Position numbers and translations under genes: made by a program
Part shown: piece after piece, positions 1-8,188 of the stretch
Position numbering within the stretch: the first letter of the stretch is position 1
Layout of the letters: each line of letters opens with the position of its first letter
Source of the DNA: a virus
Length of the DNA: 64,000 nucleotides
IMG/VR virus record: IMGVR_UViG_3300042896_000283
Span: 49,095 to 113,094 of that record
Direction: 5' to 3' (one strand)
The notes under the pieces: model-generated
The model's database searches: none
Seen by the model: the letters and a program-made list of their open reading frames with translations, nothing else
Told to the model about the DNA's origin: nothing

Positions 1-5
1 TTGTT

Positions 6-206
6 TTAGTTGCCATAGCGTTTAAATGTTATATTAGGTTTAATAATAAGATCCTTATGGGTATATTGCCATAATTCTCCTGTTTGATTAATTATTATTG
101 TATAGATGGTGTCTGTCTCATGACCATAATCAGTCACTAACCAAACAATCCCATCTCCCTTGGGTGTTATAACATCTATTCTATTCTTTGGTTCATATAT
201 TCTCAT
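6..206 (-). CDS. hypothetical protein
   Basis: 66-aa ORF co-oriented with all neighbours; no motif recognised. Confidence 0.6.
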   Translation of the reverse strand: MRIYEPKNRIDVITPKGDGIVWLVTDYGHETDTIYTIIINQTGELWQYTHKDLIIKPNITFKRYGN

Positions 207-262
207 AGAGAAGTGCTTTTGTTCGAGAACACCTGTTTTTCGTCACCCAACAGGTATGTTAC

Positions 263-493
263 TTATTCTGCTACTGGAGCTTCAACTTCTTTGATGATAT
301 CAGCTTCTACACCAGCTATCATTAATTTCTCAATCACTTCATTAGCTTTCATCATTAATTGGAAACGTGCTGCTTCTTCTGATGATAAATAAGCTCTAAC
401 TGTGTTAAGAATTAGACCAAAGTCTTGTCCTGAAATTTCAAATGTGTCTTCAGGAGTCCATGTGTACCTTTTAGCAGGATCATACTGTGCCAT
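263..493 (-). CDS. hypothetical protein
   Basis: 76-aa ORF; A-rich leader with AAACCAA and an upstream -7-like element. Confidence 0.7.
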   Translation of the reverse strand: MAQYDPAKRYTWTPEDTFEISGQDFGLILNTVRAYLSSEEAARFQLMMKANEVIEKLMIAGVEADIIKEVEAPVAE

Positions 494-523
494 AATTTAA
501 TTGGTTTTATTGTTTATAATCAG

Positions 524-531
524 TAAAAGTA
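524..531 (-). promoter_or_regulatory. Bacteroidota sigma-A-type -7 element (variant TACTTTTA)
   Basis: Intergenic, matches TAnnTTT(G/A) on the minus strand, upstream of ORF 263..493. Confidence 0.4.
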
Positions 532-539
532 AATAATGT

Positions 540-830
540 TTATGAATTATCCAAATTTATTTCAAATGTTATTACTGAACTTGTTTTAATTGATTTACTC
601 ATATCAACTCTTATTTTAAACATATTACAAAACTTAAGTATTTCTTCTATAACCATATTATTATACTTAGGAAGACTACAAGCTATTCTGAATCTATATG
701 ATTCTAAAGTTTTAGTTATCTCTAAGCTACATAATTCATCAACAGAAGATATAATACCCTCCAAATGAGCAAGAAATGTTTCATCATTATCTTGCATCAA
801 TTTTGGAAAGTATTTTCTGTTTATTTCCAT
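540..830 (-). CDS. hypothetical protein
   Basis: 96-aa ORF, start overlaps upstream stop (TAATG). Confidence 0.7.
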   Translation of the reverse strand: MEINRKYFPKLMQDNDETFLAHLEGIISSVDELCSLEITKTLESYRFRIACSLPKYNNMVIEEILKFCNMFKIRVDMSKSIKTSSVITFEINLDNS

Positions 831-1255
831 TATGACAATGTTAATCTGTATAATGTTTGAGCAGCTTCTCCACTTAGAGATTGCGCAATATTTTCAATGT
901 CTGGCATATTGTTAGCTTCTCCATATTCTTCAAGATCACTAGCAAATGTTACTAACTCTCTTACCACTTGATTAGGCATACCTGTAGAATAATCTTTTAA
1001 AGCATCAATTTTATATGCTCTAACTCTTTTTCCTGTATATCCCATAATCTTTTCTACAATCTCATCTTGTAAGTCTGCCACTTTATCATAAATGGTTCCT
1101 AAAGCTGAATGTTCAGCAAATGATGTAGTTTGAAAATGTAATAAGTGTAATTCTTCATGGAAGTATGAAAGCTTACCAGCTATTGTTTCTAATGTTAAAC
1201 TAGAACTTCCTTTTGATTCCATCATTTCTTCTGGAAATAGGGATTTTAATGCCAT
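830..1255 (-). CDS. ferritin/Dps-like four-helix protein
   Basis: HLLHFQTTSFAEHSALGTIYD..DEIVE resembles the Dps H-W...H...Y...D..AE iron-binding pattern; ends YRLTL. Confidence 0.65.
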   Translation of the reverse strand: MALKSLFPEEMMESKGSSSLTLETIAGKLSYFHEELHLLHFQTTSFAEHSALGTIYDKVADLQDEIVEKIMGYTGKRVRAYKIDALKDYSTGMPNQVVRELVTFASDLEEYGEANNMPDIENIAQSLSGEAAQTLYRLTLS

Positions 1256-1271
1256 GTTTTTAGTTTTTAAA

Positions 1272-1454
1272 TTAAGGAGCTACTGTAGTAGTAGTGGTAG
1301 TTGTATAATTACAACATTCTTTAGCATCTATTTCTTTCCAATTTCCAACCTTCGGTTTAAATGCTTGTACAATTAAACTACTTGATACTATACGCCCTGA
1401 ACCATCAAAACGTACATAAGCTTTAAGCTTATTATTATTATTACTTCTAGCCAT
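1272..1454 (-). CDS. small T7-tailed protein (paralogue A)
   Basis: 60 aa, LKAYVRFDGSGRIV...ECCNY-T7-VAP; tandem paralogue of 1457..1642. Confidence 0.85.
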   Translation of the reverse strand: MARSNNNNKLKAYVRFDGSGRIVSSSLIVQAFKPKVGNWKEIDAKECCNYTTTTTTTVAP

Positions 1455-1456
1455 GA

Positions 1457-1642
1457 TTATACAGGTAATGTAGTAGTGGTTGTAGTAGTAGGAACGTAGT
1501 TACAGCATTCATATGCTAAAATCTCACGCCATTTACCAACTTTTGGCTTATTTTTTCTAAGGATTAAGCTTCCTGCAACTATTCGGCCAGATCCATCGAA
1601 TCTGACAAAAGCCTTTAAAGGTCTTGAATCAATGCTTCCCAT
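1457..1642 (-). CDS. small T7-tailed protein (paralogue B)
   Basis: 61 aa, LKAFVRFDGSGRIV...ECCNYVP-T7-LPV. Confidence 0.85.
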   Translation of the reverse strand: MGSIDSRPLKAFVRFDGSGRIVAGSLILRKNKPKVGKWREILAYECCNYVPTTTTTTTLPV

Positions 1643-1659
1643 TTGTTTTAAATTTAGGG

Positions 1660-2676
1660 TTAATAGTTTAGGTTATATTTTTGTTTTAGTTCATTAAGTT
1701 TAGTTGCATAGAACCAGGTGCAATATTTTTTTGATCTTTCATCATTAAGAATAACATTTAAGTTAGCATCTTTTGTTGGATCAGTTCCCATATGATATTT
1801 ACCTTTGTAAAAGGCTGGGTAACCATTTCCTGTCTCAGAAACTATTCCTGCATTATGAAAGATTGTATGTGTATCTAATTTGATAATAGGATCTGTAGCC
1901 CAAGCAAATGCTAATTCAGGCACCACTCTTGTTTCTTGTTCTCTAAACCATAGGTTCCATAAAACTGCCCACATATCTGCACACCAACTTTGATATCCAG
2001 AATTCTCATCTTTAAAGAACTCTCTATTTATTTTTTGTAAATATGTTCTTATAAGGATACAATCATTCATCACCTTACTCCAGAAGTTTGCATCTACATT
2101 CTTTAATAAATATTGTGCTCCTCCTGAATGATCATTATTAGCTTCAGCTATTTCTCTACTTATTCCTATAATACTAGCAAGTTCTCCAAGGATATCTCTA
2201 CTCTTGTATTCTTCTAGCTTCTCTGGAATCACTTGATGTATCTTACTATCAAAATACTTAGCATTGATATAGCTATTTGTATCTGATAAGTAGTTAATAT
2301 CATCCTCTAAGAATTTATCTAGATTGAAATCCTTCATAAATAGAATATCACTATCACAATAGAAGATAGCTTTTTCATTCAGTTCTGGATGTTTTTTAAA
2401 ATGTTTCCAAAGAACATATGGTCTTAGTACAGGAATATAGATTCCTAATAACTGATTTAGATTATCTTCATCTGCATAGTAATGAAACTCTGCTTCTGGA
2501 TATAGATCTTCTATCTGTTTCCACTTATCTCTATTCTCTCTTCCTTTAGGAGTGAATATAACAGATATTGCTTTATCAGAATGTCCTATTTCCTTTAAGC
2601 TCTCAAGCCAAAGATTTACTTGCCATGTATAGTAAATATCACTAGGACACGCTTGTAAAAATTTTAAATCTTTCAT
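1660..2676 (-). CDS. GT-A fold glycosyltransferase resembling GT95 (HPAT)/GT96 (SGT1) peptide O-glycosyltransferases
   Basis: Ordered motifs YYTWQ, YIPVLRPY, IFYCDSDILF (DxD), GGAQYLL, SWCADMWA, IFHNAG parallel the HPAT/SGT1 motifs YxxWQ, N(R/K)P, DxD/EPD, GWxxEMY, IxHY. Confidence 0.7.
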   Translation of the reverse strand: MKDLKFLQACPSDIYYTWQVNLWLESLKEIGHSDKAISVIFTPKGRENRDKWKQIEDLYPEAEFHYYADEDNLNQLLGIYIPVLRPYVLWKHFKKHPELNEKAIFYCDSDILFMKDFNLDKFLEDDINYLSDTNSYINAKYFDSKIHQVIPEKLEEYKSRDILGELASIIGISREIAEANNDHSGGAQYLLKNVDANFWSKVMNDCILIRTYLQKINREFFKDENSGYQSWCADMWAVLWNLWFREQETRVVPELAFAWATDPIIKLDTHTIFHNAGIVSETGNGYPAFYKGKYHMGTDPTKDANLNVILNDERSKKYCTWFYATKLNELKQKYNLNY

Positions 2677-2704
2677 AATGTAGTTGGTTTTTTGTTTTTA
2701 TTCT

Positions 2705-2842
2705 TTATATAGGTGCAACTGTTGTAGTTGTAGTTGTCGTACATTTAGCTGTTACACATATTAATTTTTCTAATTCTTTAGATATTGTCCATAGGAGATT
2801 ACTTTGTGTACTCCAACCTATTTGTCTTGATGGTATAGCCAT
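2705..2842 (-). CDS. 45-aa fibre-anchor plus T7 mini-protein (not in ORF track)
   Basis: Translated by hand: MAIPSRQIGWSTQSNLLWTISKELEKLICVTAKCTTTTTTTVAPI*; N-terminus homologous to 2855..4330. Confidence 0.85.
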   Translation of the reverse strand: MAIPSRQIGWSTQSNLLWTISKELEKLICVTAKCTTTTTTTVAPI

Positions 2843-2854
2843 TTTTTATTTTTA

Positions 2855-4330
2855 TTAAACTATTGTTAATATTCCTAAATTTTTCCAAACAGCACCAGTT
2901 GGTAAACCAGCTGGACTTGTTGGAATATTCATAATTGATAAGTTGTTTACAAATGTAGTGCCACCCATATTAGCAGTTATATTACTACCAACAATAAAAG
3001 TATTAGCATAACTACTTGATATAGTATTATATCCACCACCTAAAATTGCTGAAACATATCCAGAATTATTATTATTTTTACCTCCTCCAACAAATGTATA
3101 AAAACCAGCTGAAACATTATTAAATCCTCCACTTACTGTTCCGTAATTTCCAGAAGCAGTATTGGTACTACCTCCACTAACTGACGAAACCGCTCCAGAA
3201 GCAATATTATTTTTACCGCCACTTACTACTGAACTATAATTTGAACTGGAATTTGCTTGTCCTCCACCAATAGAAGACCAACCGCCAGATGACACATTTC
3301 CAACTCCACCACTCACTGTGGCAAATCCAGCACTTACAGTATTAGATTTACCACCTCCAACAATAGAATATCCACTATAAGCGTGATTACCAACGCCTCC
3401 ACCAACTGTTGATCCAAAACCCGATGATAAATTACTTCTACCTCCACCAATTGTTCCAAAACTATAAGAAGCAGAGTTGCTACATCCACCTCCAATTGTA
3501 GATTTATCTCCAGAAGAAGTGTTTCCATATCCACCACCTACTGTTGAAGCATAAGAAGAAGCTAAATTGTGATAACCTCCACCTACTGTTGAAAATGTAC
3601 AAGAAGAAGTATTATTTTGACCACCCCCTATCATAGAATAATAACCAGAAGCATTATTAGAACTACCTCCAGAAATTACTGAACGAGTACCAGAAGCAAT
3701 ATTTGAAGCACCTCCACCAATAAAAGATTGATTACCAGAAGCAGTATTGAAAATACCACCACCAATTGTTGAATAATTATAAGAAGCAGTATTATTTTTA
3801 CCTCCAGATATTGTTGAAAGAATACCAGAAGCAATATTGTATAAACCACCTCCTAAAAAAGAACCATACGCACTTGATAAATTTGCTCTCCCTCCTACAA
3901 TTGTAGAAAGATAGCCAGTTGATTGATTGTTAGTTCCTCCAGAAATTATAGTTCCATAATTATAAGCAAGATTATTAAAACCACCACCTATTGTTGTACC
4001 CTGACTACAAGCAATATTACCAGCACCCCCGCCAATTGTAGCATAATAATTAGAAGATATATTATTTTTACCTCCTCCAATTACTGAAAAATTTGAAGTA
4101 GCATTATTATACGAACCTCCTCCAATAGTAGCATTTAACCCACTCGCATCATTAGTACCCAATACTGGTTGAATACCAGTAGCATTAGCATTATATTCAA
4201 ATGGACCTGATCCACCAGGAGTAGGAACAACAGAAGCTGTTACCTTTGTTAAATATTCTATTTGTTTAGCAATTTGCCATAATAGGTTTGATTCTGTTCC
4301 CCAACCTATTTGTTTACTTGGTATAGCCAT
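2855..4330 (-). CDS. fibre/adhesin with 14-residue GGxxNxAS beta-solenoid repeats
   Basis: About 27-28 repeats of (S/T)(I/V)GGGxxNxAS; C-terminus TFVNNLSI..IPTSxAGLP shared with 11623..12858. Confidence 0.8.
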   Translation of the reverse strand: MAIPSKQIGWGTESNLLWQIAKQIEYLTKVTASVVPTPGGSGPFEYNANATGIQPVLGTNDASGLNATIGGGSYNNATSNFSVIGGGKNNISSNYYATIGGGAGNIACSQGTTIGGGFNNLAYNYGTIISGGTNNQSTGYLSTIVGGRANLSSAYGSFLGGGLYNIASGILSTISGGKNNTASYNYSTIGGGIFNTASGNQSFIGGGASNIASGTRSVISGGSSNNASGYYSMIGGGQNNTSSCTFSTVGGGYHNLASSYASTVGGGYGNTSSGDKSTIGGGCSNSASYSFGTIGGGRSNLSSGFGSTVGGGVGNHAYSGYSIVGGGKSNTVSAGFATVSGGVGNVSSGGWSSIGGGQANSSSNYSSVVSGGKNNIASGAVSSVSGGSTNTASGNYGTVSGGFNNVSAGFYTFVGGGKNNNNSGYVSAILGGGYNTISSSYANTFIVGSNITANMGGTTFVNNLSIMNIPTSPAGLPTGAVWKNLGILTIV

Positions 4331-4344
4331 TATATATGTTTTTA

Positions 4345-5385
4345 TTAATAAATTTTTGTTAATGTAAAGTTTCTTGAAAATATTGAATTACCAGCAACAT
4401 TTGTATCCCATTCTGCTGTAATTAAAAGTGTATTACTAACAGTTGTGTCAAATGTTGTAGTATTGATATTAGTTAATACATATCCTTCAAATTGAGTTCC
4501 TCCATTTCTTATATAAGAAAATAATCCTCCTGATGAAATTGATGCCACTGTAGGTCCTCCTGTTGTTCTAATTGTAAAATACAAATTCATTATCCAAGAC
4601 TTACTAGTTGCAGCAGCCATATCAATTAATCCTGTATCAGCTAAAAGAATACCAGCCAATGTTCTCACTCTAATACGTAAGTTCGCAGAAGATCCACAAG
4701 TAACTAATCCATCTAATGCACATATAAAACTATCTCCACTAGTAAAAGAATTTGCAGGAACAGTTAATGAACCTACACCTGTTCCTATTATTGTTGTTTC
4801 TACTGCTGTACCTGTTACAGGTGCTCCATCAGCTGTTTGAGCATATAAACCTGGTAATCCTGCAGGACCTTGAGCACCTGTATCACCTTTAACTCCTTGT
4901 ATTCCCTGTGGACCTTGTTCTCCTTGAATACCTTGAGGACCAGCAGGTCCTTGATCTCCTTGAGGTCCTTTTATATCTCCAGCATCAAACCAGTTTGTTC
5001 CATTCCAACTCATTAATGATCCATCAGATAAAAGAATCCATGCATCACCAACATTAGCTCCAGGCATACTTCCTGCACCAGCTAAGAAAGCTGCATAATC
5101 TGCGTAGCTTCCTAATATAGTTACAGAGTTACCAGCAGTTCCTTGAGGACCCTGATCACCCTGTGTTCCTTGTATTCCTTGTATTCCTTGGTCTCCTTGC
5201 ATACCTTGCATACCTTGCTCACCCTGAATTCCTTGTGGACCTTCAGGACCTATTGGACCCTGTGGACCAGGAACACCTGGACCAGCAATATCTGATATAA
5301 GTTTATCAAGATTAAGCCACCCTTTGTATCCTGTACAAGGTTTGCAAAGTTGTTCCCAAAATCCTGCTTTAATAAATGTTGCCAT
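4345..5385 (-). CDS. collagen-like fibre protein
   Basis: Two Gly-X-Y tracts and a beta-rich C-terminal domain. Start moved to MATFIKAGFWE (5385) because of homology to 11623..12858 and a -7 element at 5404..5411. Confidence 0.85.
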   Translation of the reverse strand: MATFIKAGFWEQLCKPCTGYKGWLNLDKLISDIAGPGVPGPQGPIGPEGPQGIQGEQGMQGMQGDQGIQGIQGTQGDQGPQGTAGNSVTILGSYADYAAFLAGAGSMPGANVGDAWILLSDGSLMSWNGTNWFDAGDIKGPQGDQGPAGPQGIQGEQGPQGIQGVKGDTGAQGPAGLPGLYAQTADGAPVTGTAVETTIIGTGVGSLTVPANSFTSGDSFICALDGLVTCGSSANLRIRVRTLAGILLADTGLIDMAAATSKSWIMNLYFTIRTTGGPTVASISSGGLFSYIRNGGTQFEGYVLTNINTTTFDTTVSNTLLITAEWDTNVAGNSIFSRNFTLTKIY

Positions 5386-5403
5386 GATTAATGTTGTAAG
5401 TAT

Positions 5404-5411
5404 CAAAGGTA
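5404..5411 (-). promoter_or_regulatory. Bacteroidota -7 promoter element TACCTTTG
   Basis: Exact TAnnTTTG about 20 nt upstream of the ATG at 5385. Confidence 0.55.
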
Positions 5412-5465
5412 TAAGTTTTATACTTACATACAATGACTGTTGTTAAATTAAAATAACTAAAAAAA

Positions 5466-5690
5466 TTATCTTACATAATGTAAAATAATTGAAGGAGTTA
5501 TTGTTGCTATTATATCTTTATAATCAAATCCTTTGTAATCTATTTGATCTTTAATTTCTTTACCTAAAGCAACTAGAAATACAATTCCTATGCTATATAA
5601 ATCATTTAGAAAACATTGACTAATAATGAATATTACAAATCCATATATAAAATGGTTTGCTTTATCTAATGGTATCAAAGGTATTTTCAT
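5466..5690 (-). CDS. small membrane protein
   Basis: Hydrophobic segments with a DKxxHF...GKE..D pattern. Confidence 0.65.
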   Translation of the reverse strand: MKIPLIPLDKANHFIYGFVIFIISQCFLNDLYSIGIVFLVALGKEIKDQIDYKGFDYKDIIATITPSIILHYVR

Positions 5691-5824
5691 TATCCTTGTC
5701 CATTATAAATCTTCTTGTATTTCTTAGAAGATTTAAGTTTTGATGTTTGAGATTTAGCGTGCACACCTGGTCTGCTCACTTTAATCTTTACTGCTTTTTC
5801 TGATGTGTTGGTTGCTTTTGCCAT
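5690..5824 (-). CDS. 44-aa basic protein (not in ORF track)
   Basis: MAKATNTSEKAVKIKVSRPGVHAKSQTSKLKSSKKYKKIYNGQG*; fills the gap exactly, TAATG overlap with the next gene. Confidence 0.75.
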   Translation of the reverse strand: MAKATNTSEKAVKIKVSRPGVHAKSQTSKLKSSKKYKKIYNGQG

Positions 5825-5825
5825 G

Positions 5826-6305
5826 TTAAAATAAATTATATTCTAAAACTATACCATATCCACTAGGATTGTTTGGTTGTACGTAATAATTAATACCTGT
5901 ACTAAACTTAGTAAACTCAATCATTAAGTTTGTATATATAACAGGTTCTTTTAATGTAAATTTTATAGATTGTATACCAGCATATCCATGTATCTCAAAT
6001 GATTTCTTGCTTTTGATAATCTCTTTATTGATATCAATTACACTTTTTTGATAGAATATGATTGAATCTTTTATACCTAATTGATTCTTAAACTCAATTT
6101 CTTTATTCTGATAATTTTTGATTCTTACTTCTTGTTCCTTGATGATGTTCTTAGCAAAATCATAACGTACAAGATCAGTAGCAACCTTCCTAGCAACATT
6201 TTCACTAAGGGTGACAATAGAATCATTTTTCTGGGTATTTTGTCCAAATATACTATTTGTTAGTAACAATATAGTAATTACTATTATTAAATTTTTAAGA
6301 TACAT
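5826..6305 (-). CDS. secreted coiled-coil protein, putative outer spanin-like lysis component
   Basis: N-terminal signal peptide, coiled coil, beta-rich C-terminus ending in F; lies in lysis cassette. Confidence 0.5.
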   Translation of the reverse strand: MYLKNLIIVITILLLTNSIFGQNTQKNDSIVTLSENVARKVATDLVRYDFAKNIIKEQEVRIKNYQNKEIEFKNQLGIKDSIIFYQKSVIDINKEIIKSKKSFEIHGYAGIQSIKFTLKEPVIYTNLMIEFTKFSTGINYYVQPNNPSGYGIVLEYNLF

Positions 6306-6811
6306 CTTGCTTCTGTTATATTACGATTACCACTTATTTCTTTTAACTTAGAAGAAACACCTCCATTAGAAAGTTTATATTTTCTTTTTAAATAAATAAT
6401 ACTCTTATTACTTAATACATCTAATCTAAATTCATTTAAATCAATAACCTTGTATGTAGGATTTAAATTTCCTTTTTTAGAATTTGCTATTTTTAATAAT
6501 GCATATTCAGTATGTTTATATCCAGTTGTATCAGGACCTCTGTTACCACCAATAGATACATTATAGTTATCTTTTTTAGATATCCATTTTTTATCAACTA
6601 TAAATGATTCTTCTTCATAAGCTTCTTTTAAAGAATCAAAAAAACAAAGTATTTCAATTTTAAAATTTAACTTTCCATATTTTAAAATAGCTTTTTTTAA
6701 TTTATCTCCAGATCCTAAATATCCATCATTCAAGTTTTTAGTAGAATGTACTCCTATATAAGTTTTATCATTTACTAAATTTTTAGTTTGATATGTAAAA
6801 TGATGAATCAT
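6287..6811 (-). mobile_element. free-standing GIY-YIG homing endonuclease
   Basis: TYQTKNLVNDKTYIG, YLGSG..L..AI.KYG..NF..EIL, YN...GG, NUMOD3-like GYKHT; overlaps both neighbours. Confidence 0.85.
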
Positions 6812-7128
6812 TGTGAATATCTATCTGTGAAGTACTTTTGAAGCCCACTAACAGGCAAGCTATCAATAATCCTAATTTGTACATATTCTTTTTGTTTAAT
6901 GATTTTGATTCTATTAACAATCACTGTATCCACTTTTGATAAACTATCAATAATCTTACTAGATTCATGATCTTTCTCTTCAAGAATAAGAATTTTATTC
7001 TCTAGCTTTTTAGTTTGTTCTATTAGAATAGTATTTTTATCTTGGTTATATAGTGTAAAGAATATCCATATAATGATAATAATCACTGCCAAGTACTGAT
7101 CTTTTAAATAATCTAATACCTTATTCAT
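6808..7128 (-). CDS. putative inner spanin (N-terminal TM plus coiled coil)
   Basis: Single TM helix followed by a coiled coil, directly downstream of the putative endolysin. Confidence 0.55.
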   Translation of the reverse strand: MNKVLDYLKDQYLAVIIIIIWIFFTLYNQDKNTILIEQTKKLENKILILEEKDHESSKIIDSLSKVDTVIVNRIKIIKQKEYVQIRIIDSLPVSGLQKYFTDRYSQ

Positions 7129-7523
7129 TAGTTAGTAATGTTTATAAAGATCTTTTCTATCTTTGATGTTGCTTTTAATTTTGTAAACAATGTTTTATAT
7201 GTAGCTCTAGAGTTACCAATAAAGTTTAATGATTTACTACTACCTACAAGAATACATCCTTCTGTGTCAGTTGATTTGTTTCCACTGTGGATTCTTACGC
7301 CTTCATATCCAGGTACTGAAAGTAACAAAGGCATATATTGCTGAAAGTGATTAGAGAATGTAATTGCTATCTCATATTTTCCATAAGGAATAGCTGTAAC
7401 ATTTTGAATCTTCTTATCTCTAACTTTATCCTCTAACGTATAACACACAAATTTCCCATCAATAGAAAGTTCTCCTATTGTAGAATCATCTGTAAATATC
7501 TTTCTTTTAAGTTCTAGTATCAT
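7128..7523 (-). CDS. DUF5675-like putative endolysin
   Basis: TIGEL...CYTLE...AIPxGxY...RIHSGN...TEGCILVG; downstream of holin-like gene. Confidence 0.7.
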   Translation of the reverse strand: MILELKRKIFTDDSTIGELSIDGKFVCYTLEDKVRDKKIQNVTAIPYGKYEIAITFSNHFQQYMPLLLSVPGYEGVRIHSGNKSTDTEGCILVGSSKSLNFIGNSRATYKTLFTKLKATSKIEKIFINITN

Positions 7524-7531
7524 AGTTTATA

Positions 7532-7705
7532 TTAATTACCTGTTACATCATGATCTTTGGCAAAGTATCCAAATATTGCAATAGCGATAGCTAAACCAAA
7601 TTTAGGCCAATCTTTTTTTAAATCTATTTCATCTGAAGCCAATGGTTGTACAGCTAACATACATGCTAGTATAATACCCATTGAGGTTGTTTTCCAGTTT
7701 TTCAT
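7532..7705 (-). CDS. holin-like protein, 57 aa (not in ORF track)
   Basis: MKNWKTTSMGIILACMLAVQP...FGLAIAIAIFGYFAKDHDVTGN*; two TM segments directly upstream of the endolysin. Confidence 0.7.
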   Translation of the reverse strand: MKNWKTTSMGIILACMLAVQPLASDEIDLKKDWPKFGLAIAIAIFGYFAKDHDVTGN

Positions 7706-8025
7706 TATGGTTTAAGATTTTTATATACAATAGACAAATATTGAATAAGTGCACCAAGAGATAATACAATTGCTATTGTCCAAGTGAACCTTTTCTTAAA
7801 TTCTTCTTGTTTCTGTATCTTATCTTCTAATTGTTTAATTTTTTCTTTAAGGTCATGTATATCAGCAACAAATCCCCCTGTTTTTGTTAATGCATTTCCT
7901 AATATTGCGTCTACAACTTGTGTTAATTTTGTATCTATAGAAGTCATTTTCTCCTCTAGATCGTACAGGCGAGTATCCATGCTTTTAAGTTCTTTTTCTA
8001 CGTGTTTTTCAAATGCGTTTTCCAT
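7705..8025 (-). CDS. coiled-coil protein with C-terminal TM helix (XhlA-like lysis accessory)
   Basis: Heptad repeats then FTWTIAIVLSLGALIQYL; first gene of the lysis cassette. Confidence 0.55.
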   Translation of the reverse strand: MENAFEKHVEKELKSMDTRLYDLEEKMTSIDTKLTQVVDAILGNALTKTGGFVADIHDLKEKIKQLEDKIQKQEEFKKRFTWTIAIVLSLGALIQYLSIVYKNLKP

Positions 8026-8113
8026 AAGGGGAGAGAGTGGGTGTTATTATAACATATATACGATTTATGAGTGTGTTCGTAATATTGCAATGATTGTACC
8101 AATTTATATACAA

Positions 8114-8121
8114 CAAATATA
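8114..8121 (-). promoter_or_regulatory. Bacteroidota -7 element TATATTTG upstream of the lysis cassette
   Basis: TAnnTTTG in intergenic DNA; ATAATATAGC motif 53 nt away. Confidence 0.5.
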
Positions 8122-8146
8122 AATCTTAATTCTCATATAATAAAAT

Positions 8147-8182
8147 GGTTATGCTATATATTCTGCATAATATAGCATAACC
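8147..8182 (-). terminator. inverted repeat ending the sulfation island
   Basis: 12-bp arms GGTTATGCTATA / TATAGCATAACC just after the stop at 8189, followed by T-rich sequence on the minus strand. Confidence 0.55.
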
Positions 8183-8188
8183 TAAAAC

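Noticed and set aside
1284-1304. Thr runs as phase-variable microsatellites
   Set aside because: Synonymous codons are mixed in every run and the length is nearly constant, the opposite of slippage
3334-3537. Nested same-strand ORFs (also 11453..11659, 36201..36413, 53941..54132)
   Set aside because: Out-of-frame by-products with no recognisable motifs or initiation context
2855-4330. 42-bp periodic repeats as a CRISPR array or DGR template/variable pair with 11623..12858
   Set aside because: Repeats are degenerate and in-frame coding; no constant repeat-spacer pattern, no reverse transcriptase in the window, and differences are not adenine-specific
5386-5433. N-terminal extensions called for ORFs 4345..5433, 9466..10410 and 11623..12900
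   Set aside because: Paralogue alignment, promoter elements within the extensions and gene overlap favour starts at 5385, 10335 and 12858
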